Of a stretch of 64,000 nucleotides of DNA, positions 56,266 to 64,000 are shown one piece after another. The notes below the pieces were generated by a model. It did no database searches. It saw nothing but the letters and a program-made list of their open reading frames with translations, and was not told the DNA's origin. Location: the sequence record PQ015379.1; one strand, given 5' to 3'. Made by a program: the position numbers and the translations under genes. Position 1 is the first letter of the stretch, and each line of letters begins with the position of its first letter.

Positions 56266-58875
56266 TTACCCAATTTTGATTTGGAATTTCCGAACCTGCA
56301 TATTCGAATACCAGATAATTTCACCCGCGCTACCCGCAAGACGACGACCAATGTAGATTGGTTGTGCTGTATCGTAGTCAATAGCATGCGGGTAGCTGAC
56401 AGACATTACTTCGGTGCCATCCATGATCAATTTCAACACGCCCGCCGTACGCCGCCAACGCAACGAATACCATCTGCCGGTGGCCATCGTCGTGTTGTAC
56501 GTCATGTTATGCGTTGTAGCAGAATCGTAACGGGTGCCGAACGTGAGGCGCGGCGTACCAGACGAATGAATATAGCAAATGTCGAAGTTGATCGGCTGGC
56601 CCGTCGTAGCAAACGTGCCCCAAAACAGAAGAGGCTGTACCACGTAGCCCGAAACAGCAGCAGGCATCGCATTGAAATAAACTTCCATTTCAATTTCGAA
56701 ATCACCAGTGCCCGGAACCAACGTAGGGTTGGTGGCCATCGACAAATACTGGTTATTTCCCATGTTAACCACACCGCTCGAAACAGAGGCCCCGCCATTG
56801 TTGGTCAGTAGCGGGCTGAGGGTTCCGGCGTTATTGAAAACGGTGAAACCTACGGGCGGTTTCGCGGACATGGTGAGTTTTACCGGGCCGTGTTTTGCAG
56901 ACAACGTAGAACCGCCCGAAGAAATGTTGCCGAGGCGCACGCGTTTAATGGCCGTGATATCGGCGTCTGGTGCAAACGTCGCAGTGTCGTAAGTCTGGCT
57001 GGTGCCGACCGCGAAATCCTGCTTAATGCTGTCCACATAAACCGAAATATTCTGGCCCTGTTTCACCATCGTGTATTTGCGCAGCGCATTCAGCAGCGTG
57101 GTTTTATTGAACGGCACGTTGAAAATCTGCGACGGCTGGGAAATCAGGCCGCCGAATTGCAGACGGTTCGAAAAACCATCGTCGCCGTAACGCGCAGTAA
57201 TACCGAACGCCCCCGTTTCCGGAAGCAACGCAATGTGTGCGCAATATCCGGCAGCGGCCTCAAGGTTTTGCGAGGACCATTCCAACGTCCAATCACTGGT
57301 GGACAAATTCAACGCTTGGCTAAATTTAATGTCCAAAGTGTCTTGGTTGCCACTGGCCAAAATCACGGTATCGGTGCCAATGGTCGCCGGGTTTTCGAGC
57401 GTCACACCGTTGGTTTTCGTGAACGTATAGGTGATAGGCGCGTCGGTCACAAAGAACGATTGCGGGAACGGTGGCAACTGGTAGGTTTCAGGGTAGCATT
57501 CCGCGTAGTAATCGGTTCGGTGCTCGGCATAGTTCAACAGTTGGAAATTGTGAATATTACCGTTCAACATATACGCGAGGGTGCCGGTATTGAAGTTTGC
57601 TATGCGGCAGTGGCCCAATTGCACACCGAGGCCCGCGAATGGATTCAAGCTTGTGCTGCTGGTGACGGTGGCCAACAATTTCCCGTTCTGGAAACAGCGA
57701 ATTTTCGAACCAGAGCGCGTGATAACAACCTGATTCCATTCACCGTATTCGAACGCACCGAATTCAACGTCGGCCACGTCCCACGCAGCGTACGCGTTAG
57801 CCATCGAAAGTCGAAATGCCTTCGTTGCCTTCATTGCACGTAGTACGATGGTTGCAGCCGTGAGGTTGCCGGTCCCGCCCTTGTTGTAAATGAACGAAAA
57901 CGTGTCAGCAATGGCCACGATTTTAACGTTGATTTTGATCGTAAAATCTCGGGTGCCCAGCTGCCAATTCGCGTGGTCAACGGTTTGGATGTAGGAACTG
58001 GTGCCGTTGAATTGGAAGCTTTTTCCGCTGGTGCCGTACGGTGCATCGTTGGCGATTGTAATGCCGCCTTGCTGCGCAACTTGCAGCCCCAATTTATCGA
58101 ACGTTGCGTTCGTCACACCGTCGCCGGGGACCAGCATCAGCGTATCAGCCGACAGCGCATTCAACGGGGATGGCACGCGCCATTTGAACGGGCGCACAAA
58201 TTCAGGCCGGGCGTATGGGCGCCAGCGATTCAGCACGTATTCGTTTTTGTAGTCAGTGGTAATCAGTTGATCGCCCAAACCACGGAATCCTTGGAATGGC
58301 AGAACCGGCGTTTTGGTCTGGCCGTCGTAAAGCATCGTACCATCGGCGTAAAAAATGATGAATTTGCCGTTGTTGTCATGCGATACGTTTACGATTTGTT
58401 TTGCACTGGCCACCGGGGTCAGTACCAGATCCGCATATTGCGCGGTGATGGTTCGCACACGGTTGTAAACCATGTAACGACCGGCTGCACACACCACGCG
58501 GTCGTCGTCGGTTACAGCAACCGTCAGGTTAGTCGTGGAATCTTCGATCACCTGCACAGCGCCACCGGAAACGTTCACCATCACGATTTGACCAGTGTCA
58601 GAAATCGAGAATGGGCCGACGCTGGAAAACGGAGTTCGCACCCCGGCACGCAGGCGGATAGTTTGGGTTTTTGTCTGCACACAAACGTACTCGCCGTTTG
58701 GGCTGATTGCGATGGAACGTACGCCTTCGATGGCATACGTGGTTGGAAGCTGGGTAAAATCTGCACGAAGCTTGTTTTTCAGGTGGATCGAAACCACACC
58801 GTTCTGATAAATCGCAACGTGGTTTACGGCCTGCGCCACAAATTGGTTCGGTAGATTGATCGTGTTCAGCAGCAT
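56266..58875 (-). CDS. tail fibre/virion protein with LamG (concanavalin-A-like) domains
   Basis: 869 aa; SFQFNGTSSYI..DFTI..GEWNQVVITRSG..FQNG and GTGDFEIE..GRWYSLRWRR LamG signatures. Confidence 0.8.
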   Translation of the reverse strand: MLLNTINLPNQFVAQAVNHVAIYQNGVVSIHLKNKLRADFTQLPTTYAIEGVRSIAISPNGEYVCVQTKTQTIRLRAGVRTPFSSVGPFSISDTGQIVMVNVSGGAVQVIEDSTTNLTVAVTDDDRVVCAAGRYMVYNRVRTITAQYADLVLTPVASAKQIVNVSHDNNGKFIIFYADGTMLYDGQTKTPVLPFQGFRGLGDQLITTDYKNEYVLNRWRPYARPEFVRPFKWRVPSPLNALSADTLMLVPGDGVTNATFDKLGLQVAQQGGITIANDAPYGTSGKSFQFNGTSSYIQTVDHANWQLGTRDFTIKINVKIVAIADTFSFIYNKGGTGNLTAATIVLRAMKATKAFRLSMANAYAAWDVADVEFGAFEYGEWNQVVITRSGSKIRCFQNGKLLATVTSSTSLNPFAGLGVQLGHCRIANFNTGTLAYMLNGNIHNFQLLNYAEHRTDYYAECYPETYQLPPFPQSFFVTDAPITYTFTKTNGVTLENPATIGTDTVILASGNQDTLDIKFSQALNLSTSDWTLEWSSQNLEAAAGYCAHIALLPETGAFGITARYGDDGFSNRLQFGGLISQPSQIFNVPFNKTTLLNALRKYTMVKQGQNISVYVDSIKQDFAVGTSQTYDTATFAPDADITAIKRVRLGNISSGGSTLSAKHGPVKLTMSAKPPVGFTVFNNAGTLSPLLTNNGGASVSSGVVNMGNNQYLSMATNPTLVPGTGDFEIEMEVYFNAMPAAVSGYVVQPLLFWGTFATTGQPINFDICYIHSSGTPRLTFGTRYDSATTHNMTYNTTMATGRWYSLRWRRTAGVLKLIMDGTEVMSVSYPHAIDYDTAQPIYIGRRLAGSAGEIIWYSNMQVRKFQIKIG

Positions 58876-58887
58876 AGGTGCTCCATT

Positions 58888-58915
58888 GAAAAAGCCCCAA
58901 TTTCTTGGGGCGTTT
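58888..58915 (-). terminator. intrinsic terminator (GAAA loop)
   Basis: minus strand GCCCCAA-GAAA-TTGGGGC-TTTTT. Confidence 0.75.
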
Positions 58916-58917
58916 CC

Positions 58918-60789
58918 TTAGCCGTAAATCGTATCGGGGTTGAAATTGCCTGCGAACTGCGCCCCGGCCCGCATGCGGTAACGCTCGATGATGATCCGCG
59001 AAGCAGTAACGTCGTAGCCCCAAAAACCACGGTGCGAAACACCGAATGGTTTGCTGAAGCTGAGAATGGTCCACGTGATAGAACCTTGCAAAACGCCGTC
59101 GATGTAGAACGACAGTTTGCTGCCATCGTAAACCACTGCCGAATGACGCCAAGCAGTGTTTGATTTCCACACGGTCCAGCCCTGCGCACCCGCCGCTACG
59201 TTCTGGCTTTGGTTCCAAATCGCCATTTGCGTCGTGGTTGGGTTATTCGGGCAAATCATCAGGTAATTTCCGACCACTGCCTGATAGCAATAAAGCTGCC
59301 ACGCAGTCAACAGATCGTTTGCCGATTCCTTGAACCAAAAATCAATGGTCCATGGGCTGGTCATTACCGAACCTTGCGCCACGTTTGCCAGCAGGGCGCC
59401 GGTCGTGTTCAGGTCGATACCAGTTCCGTATTTAAAGCTTTCGGTGCCGAGGAAAGGCAGGGTGTTGGCTACGCGACTTGTGGAAATGATTTGATTGCCA
59501 TTGAAATCGTTAAATCCTGCTGCGTTAAACAGGCTCGAATCGAACGCCACCAAATCGTTTGCGTTCCACCAGTCTTTCATGCGGATCGCGGAATCACCGT
59601 AAACTTCCGTTTTATCGCGATCAACCACATAGACCCGGTTCTGGTCCTTGTAATCGTGCTCGTATCCGAAATTGAACGTCGAGAAATCCTGTCCGGTCGC
59701 AATCGGGATTTCGATGGCGTTATTTTTCCACGTCGAACTAGGCAGCAGTTTTTTGCCGTAGATTTTATTCCCGGCAATCGTCATGTAGGCCAGTGGAGAC
59801 AGGCCATCCGCCGATGGTTCAAAGCGCTTCGTCTGCAACATCACGGCGGCTGCGAGCGGTTTTCTGGTGGCGCTACGTGTAGATCCGAAATCGTTTTTCA
59901 CACCAAACAAAGGCGACGACAGGTTGCCGAGCATTTGGGTATCGGTTTCAGTTGTAGGGCCGCTGGCAAACCGCCCCAGTAGTTGCAGCGCAGTTTGGTT
60001 ATTCTGCACCACGACCTGCGATTCGATAACGGGCGTAGAAACCACGGGTTCCGTTTTTGCAGTGCGACGGCCAACGCGTTGTGCGAAACCCGGCGTCACG
60101 TTATCCGCAACGATCACCGAGTGGACGTAAATCGAAAGGTCGATACCCGTGCCACCACTGATAATTTTCGCGACAGAAACCGCGAAATCTTTCAGTTTGT
60201 AATTGGCCCTTGGCTGCTGGGCAATTCGCACATTGTTGACCCAAAGTTCCATGTAGTCCGGGCCGAACACACAGTCAATAACCGCTTTGAATGAAGCCGG
60301 TCGTGCATAGGCCAGTGTGGTGGTGGAAACGCCGTTGAACGTGTAGAAACCGTTCGCATCGGCACCAACCGAGTAAAGCATGGGACCAATGCAATCAGCG
60401 GAAGTAAATACAGGCGAATCAACGTTCCCGAAGAACAGAAAATCGCCGGGATATTGGGCGCTACCCGCCAATTCCAAAGTGATACCAAAATAAAGCGTAT
60501 CACCTTCGTAGCTGAATTGGCGGCGCAGCCCAGCGGCCCCGATGCTGGCAATGAGAGGCCGGAATTGACTAACTCGTAACGCAGGGCGCGCCGGATCAAA
60601 ATTCAGCGTCATGTAGCGCGAAGCATCACCCGTGGTCCCGAGGCACGAACCCGGTGGAAAAAATCCAAGGCTCTGAATTTCGTCCATCACACTGGCAGCG
60701 GTCGGCGCGTTTATGAAACTGTTGGATCGCGCAAACGAACTGGCCGCTGTTGCCCACTGCTGAAAATCATCAGCGTAAATAAGTGCCAT
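58918..60789 (-). CDS. virion protein, paralog of 60805..61872 with added C-terminal LamG domain
   Basis: MALIYADDF; WTIDFWFK..WRHSAVVYDGSKLSFYIDG. Confidence 0.8.
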   Translation of the reverse strand: MALIYADDFQQWATAASSFARSNSFINAPTAASVMDEIQSLGFFPPGSCLGTTGDASRYMTLNFDPARPALRVSQFRPLIASIGAAGLRRQFSYEGDTLYFGITLELAGSAQYPGDFLFFGNVDSPVFTSADCIGPMLYSVGADANGFYTFNGVSTTTLAYARPASFKAVIDCVFGPDYMELWVNNVRIAQQPRANYKLKDFAVSVAKIISGGTGIDLSIYVHSVIVADNVTPGFAQRVGRRTAKTEPVVSTPVIESQVVVQNNQTALQLLGRFASGPTTETDTQMLGNLSSPLFGVKNDFGSTRSATRKPLAAAVMLQTKRFEPSADGLSPLAYMTIAGNKIYGKKLLPSSTWKNNAIEIPIATGQDFSTFNFGYEHDYKDQNRVYVVDRDKTEVYGDSAIRMKDWWNANDLVAFDSSLFNAAGFNDFNGNQIISTSRVANTLPFLGTESFKYGTGIDLNTTGALLANVAQGSVMTSPWTIDFWFKESANDLLTAWQLYCYQAVVGNYLMICPNNPTTTQMAIWNQSQNVAAGAQGWTVWKSNTAWRHSAVVYDGSKLSFYIDGVLQGSITWTILSFSKPFGVSHRGFWGYDVTASRIIIERYRMRAGAQFAGNFNPDTIYG

Positions 60790-60804
60790 AAACCTTTCCC
60801 CTTA

Positions 60805-61872
60805 TCAGGATGGTTTCGGCAGAATACGCTGGCCGAAACGGGCGTTCACAACTTCGGTCGGCGTCCAAGGCAAGCTGGTTTTCGGACTCACTTCGAAAAT
60901 GTGTTGCTGCGAAGTGTAGGTCGCGGCTTTCAATTTCATCCGGTAGCCTGCGGCCTGTGTGCCTTCTACATCGACCACGGCAGTAACTGCCAAAGAATCC
61001 GGTTCCAACATTCGTACAGAAGGCGCGATAGAAACCGCACGCACCGCCGCGTCGTCGATGGTTGGGAACGTGGTTGTGTTGGTGTAAAGATCGGTGGCGC
61101 CAGCAGTAGCGGAACTGACGTAAGACGTATCACCATCCGGGGTTGCTTGGTTAACACGGCTGAAGTTGGTGGCGCCAGAATCGGGCGTCATTTGCACCGA
61201 ATAATCAGCAGTTGGCATGCGGGTCAGAGTCGTGCACTTGCCGATGCGTTGGTTATTGTAAGAACCGGTGCCATCCAGCAGATAGCGGTCGTCCACGTGC
61301 AGCACCAAATGCGCGGTGCCGCCGCTGGTGTACTGCGCACGAATTTCCCAAAAATCGAGCGTGTAACCTGTGATTGCTTTTTCGAAGACTTTTACTTCGC
61401 TCATCCACAGTTCGAATTTGTTGTTCGCGATATCCACCACGAATTCGATGAAGTTCCAGATATTCAGTTCGCATTGATAGTTGGTGTTTACGCCATCGAC
61501 GTAAATGAACCAGTCGGAACCAATCGAAACGTTTACCCCGGCGATGCGACCGAAAACGAGGTTGCCGGTAGGGGCCAGCACGAAGCGTGCGGCAAAACCT
61601 TTCGCCACGCGAATTGTCGGGGTGTACGCGGCACCGGTAGCGAATGCAGCTTCAGGTTTGATCGCTTTTTTCAGCCAGATCAAATCGGTGGTGGATGCCG
61701 TCAGACCAACGCCCAGCGAGCCACTGGTTTTGCCGTAGGTGGTCGAGCAGCTGCACGTGCCGGTGGGCTGCACATAGCCAGAAGAAACCCATTGAATGGC
61801 AGCCACACTGGCCGCCGTTTGCAGGGCCGTGGTGCCGTAGTGATCGAAGCCATCGTGTTGCAGAAGTGCCAT
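60805..61872 (-). CDS. virion structural protein
   Basis: MALLQHDGFDHY; beta-rich; C-terminal FEVSPKTSLPWT motif. Confidence 0.8.
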   Translation of the reverse strand: MALLQHDGFDHYGTTALQTAASVAAIQWVSSGYVQPTGTCSCSTTYGKTSGSLGVGLTASTTDLIWLKKAIKPEAAFATGAAYTPTIRVAKGFAARFVLAPTGNLVFGRIAGVNVSIGSDWFIYVDGVNTNYQCELNIWNFIEFVVDIANNKFELWMSEVKVFEKAITGYTLDFWEIRAQYTSGGTAHLVLHVDDRYLLDGTGSYNNQRIGKCTTLTRMPTADYSVQMTPDSGATNFSRVNQATPDGDTSYVSSATAGATDLYTNTTTFPTIDDAAVRAVSIAPSVRMLEPDSLAVTAVVDVEGTQAAGYRMKLKAATYTSQQHIFEVSPKTSLPWTPTEVVNARFGQRILPKPS

Positions 61873-61887
61873 AAAATTTCTCCAAAG

Positions 61888-61911
61888 AAAAAGGGGCCGA
61901 AGCCCCTTTTT
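61888..61911 (-). terminator. intrinsic terminator (UUCG loop)
   Basis: minus strand AAAAAGGGGC-TTCG-GCCCCTTTTT. Confidence 0.85.
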
Positions 61912-61931
61912 AAAGGGAAGCTCGTTCCCTG

Positions 61932-63002
61932 TTAGGTCAGCGAAATACCGCCGCCTTCCTTGATCGCGACAATACGCATGCCGGTGTTGTTGGCACCGTT
62001 TGCCAGCAGCGAAACATATTTGCGCGGCTTGTCAGCATTCTGCGCATCTTTTTCGCCGTAAACCAGCAGAGGAACGTCGGTGTTTTCCGACACAACGTCA
62101 GCCGAGGTATAGCCGAGCATGTCGAGTTCGTAGGTGTACGCGTAACGCGTGGTATTCAGACGCGAAGGGAAGTTGACAACGTATTTGTTGCCTTCCGAAA
62201 TCGCGACTTGTTCCAGCGAGTTGATAATCGCGTTGTTGTAGTCGGTATCGACGTTGGCCAGCACCATGTCGGACGGACGCAGCACGTCGGCTTCGCGCAC
62301 GGTGAAACGCTGAACTTTGCCAGCCACACCAAACAGACCGAATACCGGGGCTTTGCCGGTTTGAATGGTGGCGCCGGTCACACGATCAACCGGGCGTTGC
62401 ACCACGAACCACGAAATAGCGGTAGCGCCGTTGTCCGAAGTGTAATCTTCCCACACGCACAGAACGATACCGCGATTGGTGATCGACAGGCTGTAGGTCA
62501 TCGGGAACGAATCGGAAATATCGTTCGAACCGAGAACCACACGGGAAGTACGGTTGATGAAACCCTCTTCCGGTTTGGTTGGGTCCGGGGCGAAAGTCGC
62601 CGGATCGCTTGGGTTTTTCGTGTAATAACCGCCGATGGCGCCGAGCGGGCCTTTCAGGGTTTTCGTGGTGGTGCCTTGGGTGCCGTACGAAGCGGAACCA
62701 TCGGTGCGAAGTGCCTGCTGCGAACCTGCGGTGATGCCGCAAGTGTGCTTGTCGAACACTTCGATTTGCAGACGCCACGGTTGTTTATTCTGCAACTCGG
62801 TGGCGTTCAGCGGATCGACCAGTGGGCCAGCTTCCACCGTGACTTTGAATTTCGCACGACCGGTTGCGTCAACTGGTGGGGTCCACGCAGACGGGAAACG
62901 TACGGTAAAACCGTTGGTGGAAAGATCGTTGATCACCGCCAACATCAGTTCGCCCACGTGCGTGTAACCGCTGCGGCGAACGTAAAGACCTGTAACTGCC
63001 AT
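61932..63002 (-). CDS. virion structural protein, paralog of 63016..>64000
   Basis: 356 aa; QRPVDR.TG..GKAPVF; PSRLNTTRYAYTYELDM. Confidence 0.8.
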   Translation of the reverse strand: MAVTGLYVRRSGYTHVGELMLAVINDLSTNGFTVRFPSAWTPPVDATGRAKFKVTVEAGPLVDPLNATELQNKQPWRLQIEVFDKHTCGITAGSQQALRTDGSASYGTQGTTTKTLKGPLGAIGGYYTKNPSDPATFAPDPTKPEEGFINRTSRVVLGSNDISDSFPMTYSLSITNRGIVLCVWEDYTSDNGATAISWFVVQRPVDRVTGATIQTGKAPVFGLFGVAGKVQRFTVREADVLRPSDMVLANVDTDYNNAIINSLEQVAISEGNKYVVNFPSRLNTTRYAYTYELDMLGYTSADVVSENTDVPLLVYGEKDAQNADKPRKYVSLLANGANNTGMRIVAIKEGGGISLT

Positions 63003-63015
63003 TTATTTTTGCTCC

Positions 63016-63999
63016 TTACGCGATGCCCGCGCCTTTTTTCAGCGCAACAATACGCATGCCGTTGTTGGCAGGCAGATTGGAGTGCATGCCGAGGTAGGTA
63101 CGTTCCGTTTGTTCTGCGTACAGAGTTTGCGGAACTTCGGTGGTGCCGGAAATCACGGTGGCCGAAGCGTAACCGATCATGTCCAGTTCGTAGGTGTACG
63201 CGTAGCGCGGGGTGTTGAGGCGCGACGGGTAGTTCACGATGTACTGGTTATTTTCCGAAACACCGATTTGTTTTTTCTCGTTGATGATTGCGGTGCCGTC
63301 CGGAGTGTCGATGGTCGCGCTGATGATGGCGCTGGCGTCGGTCACGTCGGATTCACGAACCACGAAACGGTTGATTTTGTTACCTACGCTGTTCACGCAG
63401 AAAACGGGGGCCTTGCCATCGGTGACGACCACGCCGGTATCGCGTTTCACTGGGCGCTGAACCAGCAACCAGCTGAAATCTTGACCGCTCATGTCGGTAA
63501 CGGAACCCTGCCAGATCGACAGGAAAACGCCGCGATCAGTAATCGCCAAGTAGTACGACAGCGGGTAGGTGTTCGAAACGTCTTTCTCGATACCCGGATA
63601 GGCCGGGATTTGTTCCGGGGCAACAGTGCCACCAGTACCGGGCGGGGTCACAGACTGAATATCCAGCCACACTTTATTCCGACGGTTGATGAAGCCTTCG
63701 GTGATGTTGTTCCAGTGTGGTGCAAATTCCGAATAATCGGCGAAGAAATCTTTATCGATAGTCACCGTCGAAGATTTCGTTTTGCGTGGCGGCGTGTAAT
63801 CAGCACCTACGATGCCTTTGGCCCCGACCAAACGAGTGTTTTTGGTAACACCCGTGTTGGAAGTAGTGGTCACGGTATCAGAGGTGTATGGCAACGAACC
63901 ATCGGCAGGCAACGCAGCAGCCGACCCGACGAAAACACCAAGCGTGGCATTGTTCGAAACGGTGAAATTGATACGCCACGGCTGCTTGACCGTGACTTC
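63016..63999 (-). CDS. virion structural protein (5'-truncated by window edge)
   Basis: frame is open to the window end (EVTVKQPWRINF...); QRPVKR.TG..GKAPVF; PSRLNTPRYAYTYELDM. Confidence 0.85.
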   Translation of the reverse strand, partial: EVTVKQPWRINFTVSNNATLGVFVGSAAALPADGSLPYTSDTVTTTSNTGVTKNTRLVGAKGIVGADYTPPRKTKSSTVTIDKDFFADYSEFAPHWNNITEGFINRRNKVWLDIQSVTPPGTGGTVAPEQIPAYPGIEKDVSNTYPLSYYLAITDRGVFLSIWQGSVTDMSGQDFSWLLVQRPVKRDTGVVVTDGKAPVFCVNSVGNKINRFVVRESDVTDASAIISATIDTPDGTAIINEKKQIGVSENNQYIVNYPSRLNTPRYAYTYELDMIGYASATVISGTTEVPQTLYAEQTERTYLGMHSNLPANNGMRIVALKKGAGIA

Positions 64000-64000
64000 C

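Noticed and set aside
53087-63218. Long plus-strand ORFs over the structural genes (53087..54061, 56890..57843, 60901..61935, 62208..63218)
   Set aside because: They are antisense shadows of the minus-strand virion genes.

Overview
This window looks like part of a lytic jumbo myophage genome, most likely infecting Pseudomonas. A near-verbatim AmrZ DNA-binding domain supports that host, and the gene content and ~55% GC (estimated by eye) suggest a PaBG/Lu11-like phage, which I cannot confirm without a search. Positions 1-51,109 hold about 100 tightly packed + strand early/middle accessory genes. Most are hypothetical. Recognisable ones include two GNATs, a 2OG-Fe(II) oxygenase-like protein, three Nudix hydrolases, a NADAR, DUF4326, an AmrZ/Arc repressor, a ygiB/ygiC-like lipoprotein plus glutathionylspermidine-synthase pair, and many HTH/RHH/Zn-ribbon proteins and small paralog families. 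A bidirectional terminator at ~51,126-51,165 marks the strand switch. Positions 51,177-64,000 hold - strand late genes: a lysis cassette (M15 peptidase, spanin-like lipoprotein, holin, i-spanin-like protein), an AT-richer membrane/exported gene trio, and virion tail/fibre proteins with LamG domains and two paralog pairs. I saw no tRNA, rRNA, CRISPR array, integrase or transposase. The best unexplained signals are an ACTGTAAA(Y) motif found 11 times on the + strand, mostly just upstream of gene starts; a duplicated UUCG-hairpin + AAGGTACAATGAAA module with identical spacing; a triplet of degenerate RecA-like proteins; basic-tailed peptides flanking the GNAT pair; and a dispersed putative counter-defence kit. 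All family assignments come from motifs recognised by eye, not from database searches.
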